In this document: in pieces, positions 1 through 10,407 of the stretch | How positions within the stretch are numbered: the stretch's first letter is position 1 | How the letters are laid out: each line of letters begins with the position of its first letter | Assembly: GCA_949106495.1 (NCBI GenBank) | Contig: CARYZD010000010.1 | Location: 4,790-68,789, forward strand | Direction of reading: 5' to 3' | DNA from: an uncultured Clostridia bacterium | GTDB lineage: Bacteria; Bacillota; Clostridia; TANB77; CAG-465 | DNA: 64,000 nt | Program-made: the position numbers and the translations under genes | The notes under the pieces: generated by a model | Told to the model about the DNA's origin: nothing | Seen by the model: only the letters and a program-made list of their open reading frames with translations | Database searches by the model: none

Positions 1-726
1 CATAAATAAATAATCAAGTGTAAATTCATATGTATGATGTAATGGAAGCACTGACATACATGTATAATCTCCAAACTGAGGAACAACACAAGAACATGAA
101 TATACATTAGAACATAAATTTTTATGTGATAACATTACGCCTTTTGATTTATCTGATGTACCTGATGTAAATAATAATATACTAAAAGCTTCATTATCTA
201 TTGGAACATTAATATAGCTTTCATCTCCTGTATTTATTTCATCTAGTCCTTTTTCTACTATTCTATCAAAAGATAAAGCTTCGTTATTTGACTCTTTCTT
301 ATTCATATCTATATAAATAATATCATTTGATAAATCTTTTCTTACATTAGTAATTTCTCCACTTTTTCTTGATGAATAAATTATAGCCTTAGCACCACTT
401 CTATTTATTAAATTAACTATTTCATTTTCTGGTAAGCCTTTATCTATTGGTACAACTATTCCTACACCACAAACTATTGCCATATATGAAATATACCATC
501 TTGATGAATTCTCTCCAATTACAGCTATTTTTTCACCTTTAAGATTTAAGTCATTTAATAAGTATGTTCCAAGTCCATTTATCTTATCTCTTACTTCCTT
601 ATATGTTATATTAGTAAATTCCTTACGATTAGGCTCTTTTTCAATAAATGCAACTTTATCTAAAAACAAATCAAATCTTTTATTTACAATATCTTTTAAA
701 GAATTAAGTTCTTTTAACTCCTCCAA
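1..726 (-). CDS. AMP-dependent acyl-CoA synthetase/ligase (long-chain fatty-acid CoA ligase-like), N-terminal part; the 3' end lies beyond the window start
   Basis: Not in the ORF track because it runs off the window edge. My translation of the minus strand from TTG at 726 (GAGGTGA just upstream) stays open to position 1. It contains the AMP-binding motif LLFTSGTSDKSKGVMLSHKN (about 125-185). Confidence 0.8.
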   Translation of the reverse strand, partial: MEELKELNSLKDIVNKRFDLFLDKVAFIEKEPNRKEFTNITYKEVRDKINGLGTYLLNDLNLKGEKIAVIGENSSRWYISYMAIVCGVGIVVPIDKGLPENEIVNLINRSGAKAIIYSSRKSGEITNVRKDLSNDIIYIDMNKKESNNEALSFDRIVEKGLDEINTGDESYINVPIDNEAFSILLFTSGTSDKSKGVMLSHKNLCSNVYSCSCVVPQFGDYTCMSVLPLHHTYEFTLDYLFM

Positions 727-863
727 ATTATCACCTCAATTAAAACTAATTATACTTTTAATTATATATAGTGAAAAAATAAAAGTCAATAAAACCTATG
801 AATAATCTACAATATACACAGATTCGACAAAATTTAAATATTAAGCATAATTATTATCTAAAA

Positions 864-892
864 TTGACTTTTTATGTAAATCATGATATAAT
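864..892 (+). promoter_or_regulatory. sigma-A type promoter, TTGACT-17 nt-TATAAT with TGn extended -10
   Basis: TTGACT at 864-869, a 17-nt spacer, TATAAT at 887-892, with TG two nt upstream of the -10. Confidence 0.6.
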
Positions 893-917
893 ATAAATGT
901 ATTATAGTTTGTTTTAT

Positions 918-966
918 GAGAAGTTAATTAATGGTCTCAAGCCATTAGTCAACTTCTTTTATTTTG
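918..966 (+). terminator. Intrinsic-terminator-like hairpin plus T-tract in the leader of the 1056 gene (possible attenuator or short RNA end)
   Basis: Positions 918-934 pair with 942-958, giving about 15 bp with one mismatch and a 7-nt loop. TTTTATTTT follows. It lies about 25 nt downstream of the predicted start site and about 90 nt upstream of the ATG at 1056. Confidence 0.45.
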
Positions 967-1055
967 CCAGCAAACTAAAAATGTTCGGTATGCACTAAAG
1001 ATAAAACATTTATAAACAAATCCGAAAAAATAATTATTAAAAAGGAGTGATTTAA

Positions 1056-1670
1056 ATGGCAATACAAAAAAAAGGTGAAGGAAGAAGAAATAAAATAAAA
1101 AGAAAAGATAAAAAAGAGAGTATCTTTTCAAAAATTGGAAAAGCATTGAGTGAGCGTTCACAAAATGCTAAGACAGCAACTATTGTTTTATTAATAATGT
1201 TTTTACTTTCAGTAATAAGTGGAATATTTACATTCTACTTAGGAGAACCTGCAAAAGAAATATATATTAGTGAGTCTCAAATGATAAAAGAGACTAGAAG
1301 TATATATGACTTTGAGTCTGGTTCAGAAGAAAGAACTTCTCAAGAAGCACGTGCTAAAGAAGCAAGTGAATTCTATGGAAGTATTATGGATAAATACAGA
1401 AGTGATTCTAATACTTTAATAAAAAATTATGCTGCAATTCACAGCAATTTCTTTAAAGTATTAATAGCAGTTGCTATTGTATTTCCATTTATTGCAATAG
1501 CAATTATGTTTATTGGGAACCCAATAAATTTCATATTTGCAATTGCAAATATAGTAATTGTAGTTCCAATAAGAGCTATCAGTTACTTATATAATTCTTT
1601 TAGAATTGAGAGAAAACATTCTAAAAGAACTTCTTCAAAACACCAATTAAAATTAGAAGCAGCTAACTAA
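1056..1670 (+). CDS. Hypothetical membrane protein (Lys-rich N-terminus, 3 predicted TM segments)
   Basis: ORF with RBS AAAGGAGTG upstream of the ATG. Hydrophobic stretches include TIVLLIMFLLSVISGIFTFYL and IAVAIVFPFIAIAIMFI. A terminator overlaps the stop codon. Confidence 0.65.
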   Translation: MAIQKKGEGRRNKIKRKDKKESIFSKIGKALSERSQNAKTATIVLLIMFLLSVISGIFTFYLGEPAKEIYISESQMIKETRSIYDFESGSEERTSQEARAKEASEFYGSIMDKYRSDSNTLIKNYAAIHSNFFKVLIAVAIVFPFIAIAIMFIGNPINFIFAIANIVIVVPIRAISYLYNSFRIERKHSKRTSSKHQLKLEAAN

Positions 1671-1686
1671 GCTGCTTCTTTTTTTA
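1656..1686. terminator. Bidirectional hairpin terminator between convergent genes
   Basis: GAAGCAGC (1656-1663) pairs with GCTGCTTC (1671-1678), followed by a T-run. Confidence 0.6.
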
Positions 1687-2187
1687 TTCTTCTTCCTCAT
1701 AAAATTCATCATCTAAATCGTCTTCATCAACATCTATGTCTATTACTTTAGTTTGTTTTCTTTTCTTTGCCTCTTTACTTGCCTTATTTTCGCATTTATC
1801 TATCTTCTTATTAATAAGGCCATCTATTTTATTTATTATATCTGGTATCATATCTACTGCTCTATCTACTACATTAATACCATCTACATTTAATACTTTA
1901 GCAGTACCATCTTTTATTACTAAAAAGCCTACTGGAGTAATATTAACACCAGCACCAGAGCCTCCACCAAATGGAAGCTTAGAATTTTCAGTATATTTAT
2001 TTAATCTATTAGAGTTAAATTCACTTCCTCCTGCTGCAAAACCGAAACATACCTTAGATAAAGGTATAATTGTTGTATTGTCTGGAGTAACAATACTTTC
2101 CCCTATTATTGTATTAACATCTACCATACTTTCTATTGAAGTCATTGATGTAATCATTAGAGATTCTATTGGATGTTTTGTTTCCAT
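1684..2187 (-). CDS. ytfJ: Sporulation protein YtfJ (GerW family)
   Basis: The motifs TIIPLSKVCFGFAAGGSEF and PFGGGSGAGVNITPVGFLVI are typical of YtfJ/GerW. The tail is acidic. Confidence 0.8.
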   Translation of the reverse strand: METKHPIESLMITSMTSIESMVDVNTIIGESIVTPDNTTIIPLSKVCFGFAAGGSEFNSNRLNKYTENSKLPFGGGSGAGVNITPVGFLVIKDGTAKVLNVDGINVVDRAVDMIPDIINKIDGLINKKIDKCENKASKEAKKRKQTKVIDIDVDEDDLDDEFYEEEE

Positions 2188-2308
2188 TTTTTATACCACC
2201 TTTCAAATAATATTTAATTTAATATTATACTAATTATACTTTTCCCTATTAAACTAAATAATATACTTAAAAACTAAAAATAATCAAAAAAGTACATTTA
2301 TTTATTTT

Positions 2309-2337
2309 TTGACTAATTATGTAAAATATGATATAAT
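2309..2337 (+). promoter_or_regulatory. sigma-A type promoter, TTGACT-17 nt-TATAAT with TGn extended -10
   Basis: TTGACT at 2309-2314 and TATAAT at 2332-2337. It is 25/29 identical to the promoter at 864-892, including the spacer. Confidence 0.6.
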
Positions 2338-2360
2338 TATTATATTAATATTATTGAAGT

Positions 2361-2419
2361 AATAAGCTTTAATAAGCAAGTTGGAAAATTTTCGTCCATT
2401 TTGTTTATTAAAGCTTATT
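2361..2419 (+). promoter_or_regulatory. Long leader stem-loop immediately upstream of the LysM-gene RBS
   Basis: 2361-2379 pairs with 2401-2419 (19 bp with one G-U, extendable to about 23 bp). The loop is 21 nt. No T-tract follows, and the RBS AAGGAGG starts about 5 nt after the stem. Confidence 0.5.
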
Positions 2420-2440
2420 GCTTACTAAGGAGGAAAATTA

Positions 2441-2839
2441 TGAAAAATTTAAAAATAAACTATAAAAGGAGAAGACTTATAGCATTAGCTATACGGAATA
2501 ATCCTATTTATAGTGATTTGTAATGTTGTATGTTCAACATGCAGCTTTGCAAAAGAAAAATTGTATAATTATTTAGTGTCATGTGACGCTAATTATATTA
2601 ACAATTTAAAAGAAAAAATAGAAGGAGGTGAACTAGAAGTTACACCATATGTTGTTTCTGATGGAGAACGTCTATGGAACATAGCAAGAGGCTATCAAAA
2701 CGAAAAAGGTTTTGATATTACCTTAGACAAATTTGTTAGTATCGTAGGTGATATTAACGAAGCTATGGGAATAGATACATCAGTGCTACATATAGGAGAT
2801 ACTATCTATTTACCAAATTCTATTGAAGGAATAGTTTAA
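2441..2839 (+). pseudogene. LysM-domain protein with N-terminal membrane anchor, apparently frameshifted near 2490-2512
   Basis: ATG at 2441 has a good RBS and gives MKNLKINYKRRRLIALAI before stopping at 2524. The +1 frame continues as ..LYGIILFIVICNVVCSTCSFA (a TM or signal segment) into the 2513-2839 ORF. That ORF carries a LysM-like motif, YVVSDGERLWNIARGY...HIGDTIYLP. Confidence 0.55.
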
Positions 2840-2878
2840 AAACTATTCTTTCTTTTTAATTTATTCATTATAATTTTA

Positions 2879-3457
2879 TTAAGTATAATTCTTATTTAGT
2901 TCATTACTATAGTTTTTACTATTTTTATTATTTTTCATTTCACTAAGTTTACTTTTTAATACAATAAATAAAATCTTAAATATACTTGGTAAGTTTTTTA
3001 AAATTGAAACATATATTGTTGTATCAATTTTTAAGTCTATTACTTTTTGAGATACAAAAGTTGTATATCTAATATTTCTTAAATTAATACTGTTACCATT
3101 TTTAGCAAAATATAATGGTAAAATACTGTTTACTGCAGCAATTGAATAAGCATTTAATATTGGGTTATTTAAATTTAGTCCTAAGTCCATATCTAAGTCA
3201 TGTACTTTTATACTTTTAAAAATTCTTGATACTATTTTTACTATTTCTTCTTTTTCCAAAGACTTTATTATTTGTCTTATAATCATAAAAACAGTATTAA
3301 TTACCTGATTATTACTTTTCTTCTCAGTATGAATCTTTCTTTCAAATTTAATTTTTTTAATTCTAATTACTCCAAATAAATATAAACCAATATAATTTTT
3401 ATTTTGAATTGTATTATCATTTTTATTTTTTTCTATATATTTAATTTTTATTTTCAT
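2879..3457 (-). CDS. Hypothetical protein, possibly YtfI/DUF2953-like sporulation protein
   Basis: The tracked ORF starts at a TTG (3517) with no RBS and overlaps the promoter of the divergent gene. I prefer the internal ATG at 3457 (MKIKIKYIEK...). The YtfI guess rests only on size, the hydrophobic segment and proximity to ytfJ. Confidence 0.4.
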   Translation of the reverse strand: MKIKIKYIEKNKNDNTIQNKNYIGLYLFGVIRIKKIKFERKIHTEKKSNNQVINTVFMIIRQIIKSLEKEEIVKIVSRIFKSIKVHDLDMDLGLNLNNPILNAYSIAAVNSILPLYFAKNGNSINLRNIRYTTFVSQKVIDLKIDTTIYVSILKNLPSIFKILFIVLKSKLSEMKNNKNSKNYSNELNKNYT

Positions 3458-3510
3458 ATTAACACCACTAATATTATGTGTAATATTAGTGTATAATATA
3501 TAATATATCT

Positions 3511-3539
3511 TTGACAAAACAAATAATATTTAGTATAAT
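3511..3539 (+). promoter_or_regulatory. sigma-A type promoter TTGACA-17 nt-TATAAT
   Basis: TTGACA at 3511-3516 and TATAAT at 3534-3539, 25 nt upstream of the ATG at 3565. Confidence 0.6.
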
Positions 3540-3564
3540 TTTGTAGTATTGGAGGTATGATGAT

Positions 3565-4236
3565 ATGACTCTCATATTCGGAGATAATGTATACTACAAT
3601 CTAATATTTTTTATTACTATAACAATTGTATTTACTTGGTTAATTACTCAAACTTTTAAAGTATTACTAAAATGTTGGATTGGAAAAAAATTCTCGTTTA
3701 AAATGTTTCTAGCTGATGGAGATTTCCCATCAACACATACAGCTCTTGTAACTTGTAGTGTAATTTTAATATTATTTTTAAATGCTTGCAGTTTTAGTAT
3801 TGAAGATATTTCTATAGTATCACAATATAATAGTGCAAAAGATTTTCTTATTATATTAACTCTTGCAGCAATTGTTATTAGAGATGCAATGGGACAAAGA
3901 CATAGACAAGATAATACAAATAAAAATTTAAAAACACTTAAAGATTATATACAAGGAATGGGAATAGAAAGAAATGTAATTGAACATATTGATGCTACTT
4001 TCCAATCTATAGATAATGAGGCAATAAAAAGAGTAGGACATTTAAAGCATGAAGTATATGGTGGTATGATAATGGGTGCTCTATGTGCTTTATATCCAAT
4101 TATATTTTTCTTCAATAGATATGATTGGCTAGCGTTTGCTATTACTTTAACAGTTATATATTTTGGAGCAATAATGGTATTTCTTAAATTAAAACCAGTA
4201 GTAATTAAAAAGATTACATATAAAAAGAAAAAATAA
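3565..4236 (+). CDS. Divergent PAP2 family (DUF212, acid phosphatase/vanadium haloperoxidase-related) membrane protein
   Basis: GDFPSTHTA and GHLKHEVYGG motifs sit in a polytopic membrane protein, matching the DUF212 signature (PSSHSA...GH..EV..G). Confidence 0.7.
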   Translation: MTLIFGDNVYYNLIFFITITIVFTWLITQTFKVLLKCWIGKKFSFKMFLADGDFPSTHTALVTCSVILILFLNACSFSIEDISIVSQYNSAKDFLIILTLAAIVIRDAMGQRHRQDNTNKNLKTLKDYIQGMGIERNVIEHIDATFQSIDNEAIKRVGHLKHEVYGGMIMGALCALYPIIFFFNRYDWLAFAITLTVIYFGAIMVFLKLKPVVIKKITYKKKK

Positions 4237-4246
4237 TATAAAAATT

Positions 4247-4271
4247 AAGACAGAGAAAAAATCTCTGTCTT
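4247..4271. terminator. Bidirectional hairpin terminator
   Basis: AAGACAGAGA (4247-4256) pairs with TCTCTGTCTT (4262-4271), flanked by A- and T-runs. Confidence 0.65.
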
Positions 4272-4282
4272 TTAATATATCA

Positions 4283-4948
4283 TTATAATTCTGATGATAT
4301 TAAATGTGTTATGCCATCACTTGTAATAGCTCCAACACATGGAATAATTTTTCCTGTTGCTCCAGTATAACTTAATCTTTTCAAAGCAACAACATTAATT
4401 AAATTATAATCTTTTATTTCTAATTCTGTATTTTCATTATCATTGTAACTTATAAATGTATATTTTATTGTCCCATCATCTAATAAAAACAATACAAAAT
4501 TTGCACCATTATATCCAGGTGATTGATATGCGACATCTACTATATTAGCTTTATCTGATAAATTATATTTTCTTCCTTTATAATTAATTTGTGCTCCTAA
4601 ATCGCCTGCTGGTCCTATCATATAATTAAAACTATTATCGTCCTCGTAAGTATAATTTCCTATTTCTTTTATATTAGTTGGTTTTGCACTTTCTCTTGCC
4701 GAAGTATCTACTTTACTACTATCAAATTTAGGTATAGATAAAACTTCTACAACTTGATTCCCTTCATTTTCAGTATTTGAACTATTTTGATCATTTATTA
4801 CTTGTTCATTTTTTAAAATATCAACTTGTGAATTTAAAGCATTTACTTCATCTTTTGTTTTAAAATACTCATAACCAAAATAAAAAGATAAAGCTCCTAA
4901 AAATATAATTATAACTAATAAAATTACTAACGTTATTTTACTTTTCAT
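4283..4948 (-). CDS. Hypothetical membrane-anchored protein
   Basis: ORF with an N-terminal TM segment (ITLVILLVIIIFLGALSFYFGY) and an extracytoplasmic domain. No recognisable motif. Confidence 0.6.
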   Translation of the reverse strand: MKSKITLVILLVIIIFLGALSFYFGYEYFKTKDEVNALNSQVDILKNEQVINDQNSSNTENEGNQVVEVLSIPKFDSSKVDTSARESAKPTNIKEIGNYTYEDDNSFNYMIGPAGDLGAQINYKGRKYNLSDKANIVDVAYQSPGYNGANFVLFLLDDGTIKYTFISYNDNENTELEIKDYNLINVVALKRLSYTGATGKIIPCVGAITSDGITHLISSEL

Positions 4949-5013
4949 ATAAATTCCCTCCTAAATAATTTATAATCTTTTAAATATAGTTTAATTTTTA
5001 GTAAAGTAAGCTT

Positions 5014-7077
5014 TTACCAAGCTCCTCCACCACCTCCACCAGCACCTCGTCCAGCTGAGCCTCCACCAGTAGATGTATTTTCTCTTCTACTACTTGAAGA
5101 ACTACTAGAGCTACTAGATGATGACGAAGAAGATGAAGAAGACGAATATGTTATTTTAGGTTTTGAATTATTAGCAGAACTAATTGTATTATTTAAAACT
5201 TTAGTTACACTTACAAATTCAAAACTATCTTCTCTTTCTGCTTTATACCATTCTGGTGATGACATATTTATTGTTGTAAATTTGCTTATCCATTTATCTG
5301 ATACACCTAATACATATGTATATGGTAATATATCATAAAAGTATGTAGGATGTTCTTCTACTAATCTTTCAAGCTCTTCTTTTCTTGCATTTTCTAAAAA
5401 TCTTTTAAATCCTAGTATTTTTCCTAAATATTTTTTACCATATTCTGTTCTTTTTTCTATATTAATTGGAAAAAATATTGTTGCTATCAATGATATAGAT
5501 CCTAGTAATGTATAAATCCAATATGTAGGCTCTAAATACATTTCTCTTGTTGCCAAAAATATAATTGTCATGAATATTTCTGCAAAAGCAAAAAATATTC
5601 CTAATCTAATCCATAATTTTCCACTAAAATCTATTTTAGAATTATATTTACCACTCTTTGTTGCAGTAGTAACTATAATACCTTTTCTTTTTGTAACTTT
5701 AGCATTTATTCCAATAGCTAAAATAATGCATGTAATAATATTAAATATCCATAAAGCTATAACACCTTCTTCATTGCTACAACAATGTGCAATTGTAAAT
5801 AATAAACTAAAACCAATAACTATTGCTGGCAATAATCTTAAACGTCTTTTTAATTTACTTTCTTGTATTATTATTTTTTCTCTATTATCTTTTCCATTTA
5901 TATCATTATGTATTTTATATTCTACATTATAAAAAGATTCAGATAACTCTTCCTTTGTGATTTCATCTTTCTTTTCAAATAATCCTTCAAATACTTCTTT
6001 TTCATATTTATTTTCTCCATCATAATTTTTAAGTTTTATTATCTTAAAATCATCTTTATCCTCTTCAATTTTTAAATAACCTTTATTAGCTAAATATATA
6101 ATCAATGACGTAATATCAATAATACTTACTCTTCCTTTATGTATAAACCCTAACTCTAAACTATTCAAATTATCTGGTGGATAAAATTCTACTGTTTCTA
6201 TAATATTTTGTTTAGATTTCCATATATACCAAAATATAAATGGTACTGCTACACAAGCAAGATAACCTAAAACAATTGAAAGCTCAACATTATTGGCTAT
6301 TGCAGTTATAATAGCTGATACAAAATATACTAAATTTATCCATAAATCTTCCCAAAAATCTAACTTAAAATATCCATCAGGTAATTCAAGTCTTATAGTA
6401 AGTGCCTCTCTTGGTTGAAGTATTTGTATAAACTCTCCAATAATTGTATTTCCATCTATTTCATAAAAAATCTTATCTGTTTCAATAGAATCTAGTATTC
6501 CATGGGTAAATCCTAATTTTTCTTCATTGAATTCTTTAGGCATTTGTATTTTAAAAGTTACTTTATCTATTGGAGCATTCCATCCTGTACCAATAATATT
6601 ATAAAATAATTCATCAAATTCTTTACTATTATCTCCACTTAATTTATATGAATATTTTATAATATATTGTTTATCTCCTATTTCATACTTATTAGGATTT
6701 CCTATCTTTATATATTTATTACTATTTTGAACTGATTCACTATACATCTCATTTACACTTAAATTTGATATAGTCCCTCTATACTTTAAACTTGAACCAT
6801 CTTCTCTATCAATCGTACCAAATAATGGTATTTCTCTAAATATCCCATGACTTTTATCATTAAAATATACATCTATAGTTTCTGTTATATTCAAAACATG
6901 ATTTTCTGTTACTTGTATATCTACATCATAATTTTTTATATAATATGTATAGCTTATATGTCTTCCCTCATTATTTACACTTTCAGATGTACTATTTAAA
7001 TCTTGTACTGCAAATATATTAGATGTAAATATAGTCATTAAAACTAAAAATATAATAAAGTTTAAAACTTTTTTCAT
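5014..7077 (-). CDS. DUF2207 domain-containing membrane protein
   Basis: It has a signal peptide, a large N-terminal extracytoplasmic domain, several TM segments and a Ser/Gly-rich tail ending GGGGGGAW. It lies immediately downstream of, and overlaps, a LemA gene, which is the classical LemA-DUF2207 pairing. Confidence 0.75.
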   Translation of the reverse strand: MKKVLNFIIFLVLMTIFTSNIFAVQDLNSTSESVNNEGRHISYTYYIKNYDVDIQVTENHVLNITETIDVYFNDKSHGIFREIPLFGTIDREDGSSLKYRGTISNLSVNEMYSESVQNSNKYIKIGNPNKYEIGDKQYIIKYSYKLSGDNSKEFDELFYNIIGTGWNAPIDKVTFKIQMPKEFNEEKLGFTHGILDSIETDKIFYEIDGNTIIGEFIQILQPREALTIRLELPDGYFKLDFWEDLWINLVYFVSAIITAIANNVELSIVLGYLACVAVPFIFWYIWKSKQNIIETVEFYPPDNLNSLELGFIHKGRVSIIDITSLIIYLANKGYLKIEEDKDDFKIIKLKNYDGENKYEKEVFEGLFEKKDEITKEELSESFYNVEYKIHNDINGKDNREKIIIQESKLKRRLRLLPAIVIGFSLLFTIAHCCSNEEGVIALWIFNIITCIILAIGINAKVTKRKGIIVTTATKSGKYNSKIDFSGKLWIRLGIFFAFAEIFMTIIFLATREMYLEPTYWIYTLLGSISLIATIFFPINIEKRTEYGKKYLGKILGFKRFLENARKEELERLVEEHPTYFYDILPYTYVLGVSDKWISKFTTINMSSPEWYKAEREDSFEFVSVTKVLNNTISSANNSKPKITYSSSSSSSSSSSSSSSSSSSRRENTSTGGGSAGRGAGGGGGGAW

Positions 7078-7622
7078 TATAATTCCACCTTTATATTTTC
7101 CTTTTCATAATCTTTTGCTTCAAACATTTTTTCTTCTTTAAATCCAAAAATGCTAGCAATTAAATTATTTGGAAATTTTAAAATATCAATATTATAATTT
7201 TTTACTGTTCCATTGTAATATTTTCTTGAATTTTCAATATCGTTTTCTACTTGAACTAATTCTTTACTTAAATTAACAAAATTTTCACTTGCTTTTAAAT
7301 CTGGATAAGACTCAGAAAGTATCATTATTTTAGATATTTGAGAAGCTATTTCCTCTCCTTTTTGTATTTTTTCACCATTGTTCATATTTTCATATTTTGA
7401 ATTTCTAAGTTTAACTATTTCTTCTAAAGTTTCTTGTTCATGCTTTGTATACCCTTTTACACATTCAACAAGATTTGGAACTAAATCCCATCTCTTTTTC
7501 AAATACACGTCCATTGTTGAAAAAGCCTCTTTAACTAAATTTTTTGAAGCTACTAGTCTGTTATATGTTAATAATACAAATAACAAAATAATAACTATAA
7601 ATACAATTATTCCATAAACCAT
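7077..7622 (-). CDS. lemA: LemA family protein
   Basis: N-terminal TM segment plus YNRLVASKNLVKEAFSTMDVYLKKRWDLVPNLVE and ENSRKYYNGTVKNYN, both typical LemA motifs. Confidence 0.85.
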   Translation of the reverse strand: MVYGIIVFIVIILLFVLLTYNRLVASKNLVKEAFSTMDVYLKKRWDLVPNLVECVKGYTKHEQETLEEIVKLRNSKYENMNNGEKIQKGEEIASQISKIMILSESYPDLKASENFVNLSKELVQVENDIENSRKYYNGTVKNYNIDILKFPNNLIASIFGFKEEKMFEAKDYEKENIKVEL

Positions 7623-7805
7623 GTTTTACCTCCTACAATTTACTAAATATAATTATTCCAAATATACATTAGCATAAATATATATTTAAGTAAATATTTA
7701 GAATTTTAATACTACTATTAAATAAAATGAGTATTTTCAATACTTTCAGTAATATTATCTTTTAAGTTTTTATTTTATTTCATATTTATTTCAAATACAA
7801 AAAAA

Positions 7806-7832
7806 GCTTAGTAAATTCATAATCTACTAAGC
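7806..7832. terminator. Hairpin terminator downstream of obg
   Basis: GCTTAGTA (7806-7813) pairs with TACTAAGC (7825-7832), flanked by A6 and T6 runs. Confidence 0.7.
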
Positions 7833-7840
7833 TTTTTTAA

Positions 7841-9136
<1,296 letters not shown>

Positions 9137-10153
9137 CTATTTTTCAAAATAATTTATCTTTATTGCTTTTTTTACTTTATCCATTGTTTCTTCTGCTTTA
9201 TTCTTTGCAATTTTAGTTCCATTTTTTAGTATTTCATCTACTTTATCTGGATTTTCTTCATAATATCTTCTTCTTTCCTTTATTGGTTGTAAGAAGTTTA
9301 TCATATTTTTTGCAAGTTCCCTTTTACAATTTATACATCCTCTTGTTCCTGCTTTACATTCTGATGTAATAGTGTCTAAATTATCTTTACTTACAAGTTT
9401 ATGATAATAATGTACCATACATATATCTGGATTTGCAGGGTCATCTTTATGTATTTTTTCTGGGTCAGTTTTTGCTTCCATAACCTTTTTAGTAATAGTA
9501 TCTTCACTATCTACTAAAAATATAGCATTTCCTAAACTTTTTCCCATTTTTTCATTTCCATCAAGACCTTTAAGTCTTGGTATACTAGACAATAAATGCT
9601 CTGGTTCTTTTAATGTTTCACCATATATTGAATTAAATTTTCTAACAATTTCTCTTGCTTGTTCAATTAATGGTAATTGGTCTTCTCCAACTGGAACTAA
9701 AGTCCCACCAAGAGCAGTTATATCTGCTGCTTGACTTACTGGATAACCTAAGAATCCATAAGTTACACTTTCTCCACCTTGACCAAATAATTCTTTCTTT
9801 TGTGAAATTTCTGTTTTTATTGTTGGATTTCTTTCAAGTCTTGCAACTGTAACTAAGTTTGAATAATATATAGTAAGCTCCGCTATTTCTGGAATCATTG
9901 ATTGAATAAATATTGTAGCTTTATTTGGATCTATTCCACACGCAAGTAAATCTAAAGTTAATTCTCTAACATTTTTTCTAACTTTATCTGGATTATTAAA
10001 ATTATCTGTTAATGCTTGCACATCTGCAATCTCAATAAATTCATTATATTCTTCTTGAGATTTAACCCAGTTACCTACAGCTCCGAAATAATGTCCTAAA
10101 TGTAAATTTCCAGTAGGTCTAATACCAGTTAAAATAATTTTTTTCTTCTCCAT
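9137..10153 (-). CDS. trpS: Tryptophan--tRNA ligase
   Basis: Class I signature TGNLHLGHY and the KMSKS-type motif KMGKS. Length and overall pattern fit TrpRS. Confidence 0.9.
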   Translation of the reverse strand: MEKKKIILTGIRPTGNLHLGHYFGAVGNWVKSQEEYNEFIEIADVQALTDNFNNPDKVRKNVRELTLDLLACGIDPNKATIFIQSMIPEIAELTIYYSNLVTVARLERNPTIKTEISQKKELFGQGGESVTYGFLGYPVSQAADITALGGTLVPVGEDQLPLIEQAREIVRKFNSIYGETLKEPEHLLSSIPRLKGLDGNEKMGKSLGNAIFLVDSEDTITKKVMEAKTDPEKIHKDDPANPDICMVHYYHKLVSKDNLDTITSECKAGTRGCINCKRELAKNMINFLQPIKERRRYYEENPDKVDEILKNGTKIAKNKAEETMDKVKKAIKINYFEK

Positions 10154-10279
10154 AATTTCTTCACCTCACGATATTAATACATTATACAATAAATAATAAA
10201 AAAAATCCACAAAATTTATACATTTTGTTTAATTTTATGTATACTTTTACATAATATTTCTTTAATTTTATAATTTTTC

Positions 10280-10308
10280 TTGACTATGAAACAATAGCAA
10301 TATATAAT
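10280..10308 (+). promoter_or_regulatory. sigma-A consensus promoter TTGACT-17 nt-TATAAT
   Basis: TTGACT at 10280-10285 and TATAAT at 10303-10308, upstream of the ATG at 10408. Confidence 0.6.
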
Positions 10309-10407
10309 AAGGGTATAAGTGAGTATTTATAAAATAATGACTATTATTTTTAGCCTAAAAAAGATAATTATTTTATATAATAAATTTAAAATAAGGAGGA
10401 GTTTTTT

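Noticed and set aside
5089-5150. Apparent trinucleotide repeat tract
   Set aside because: It is the coding sequence for the run of about 20 Ser in the C-terminal tail of the DUF2207 protein. Mixed Ser codons are used, so it is not a perfect DNA repeat. Such low-complexity tails ending in a Gly run are usual for this family. It is not an independent repeat element.
10154-10407. Possible T-box riboswitch upstream of trpS
   Set aside because: I looked on the minus strand for the conserved T-box sequence (..GGUGGUACCGCG..), a specifier stem and a terminator. None is present. The region is uniformly AT-rich and instead holds the plus-strand promoter of the divergent gene.
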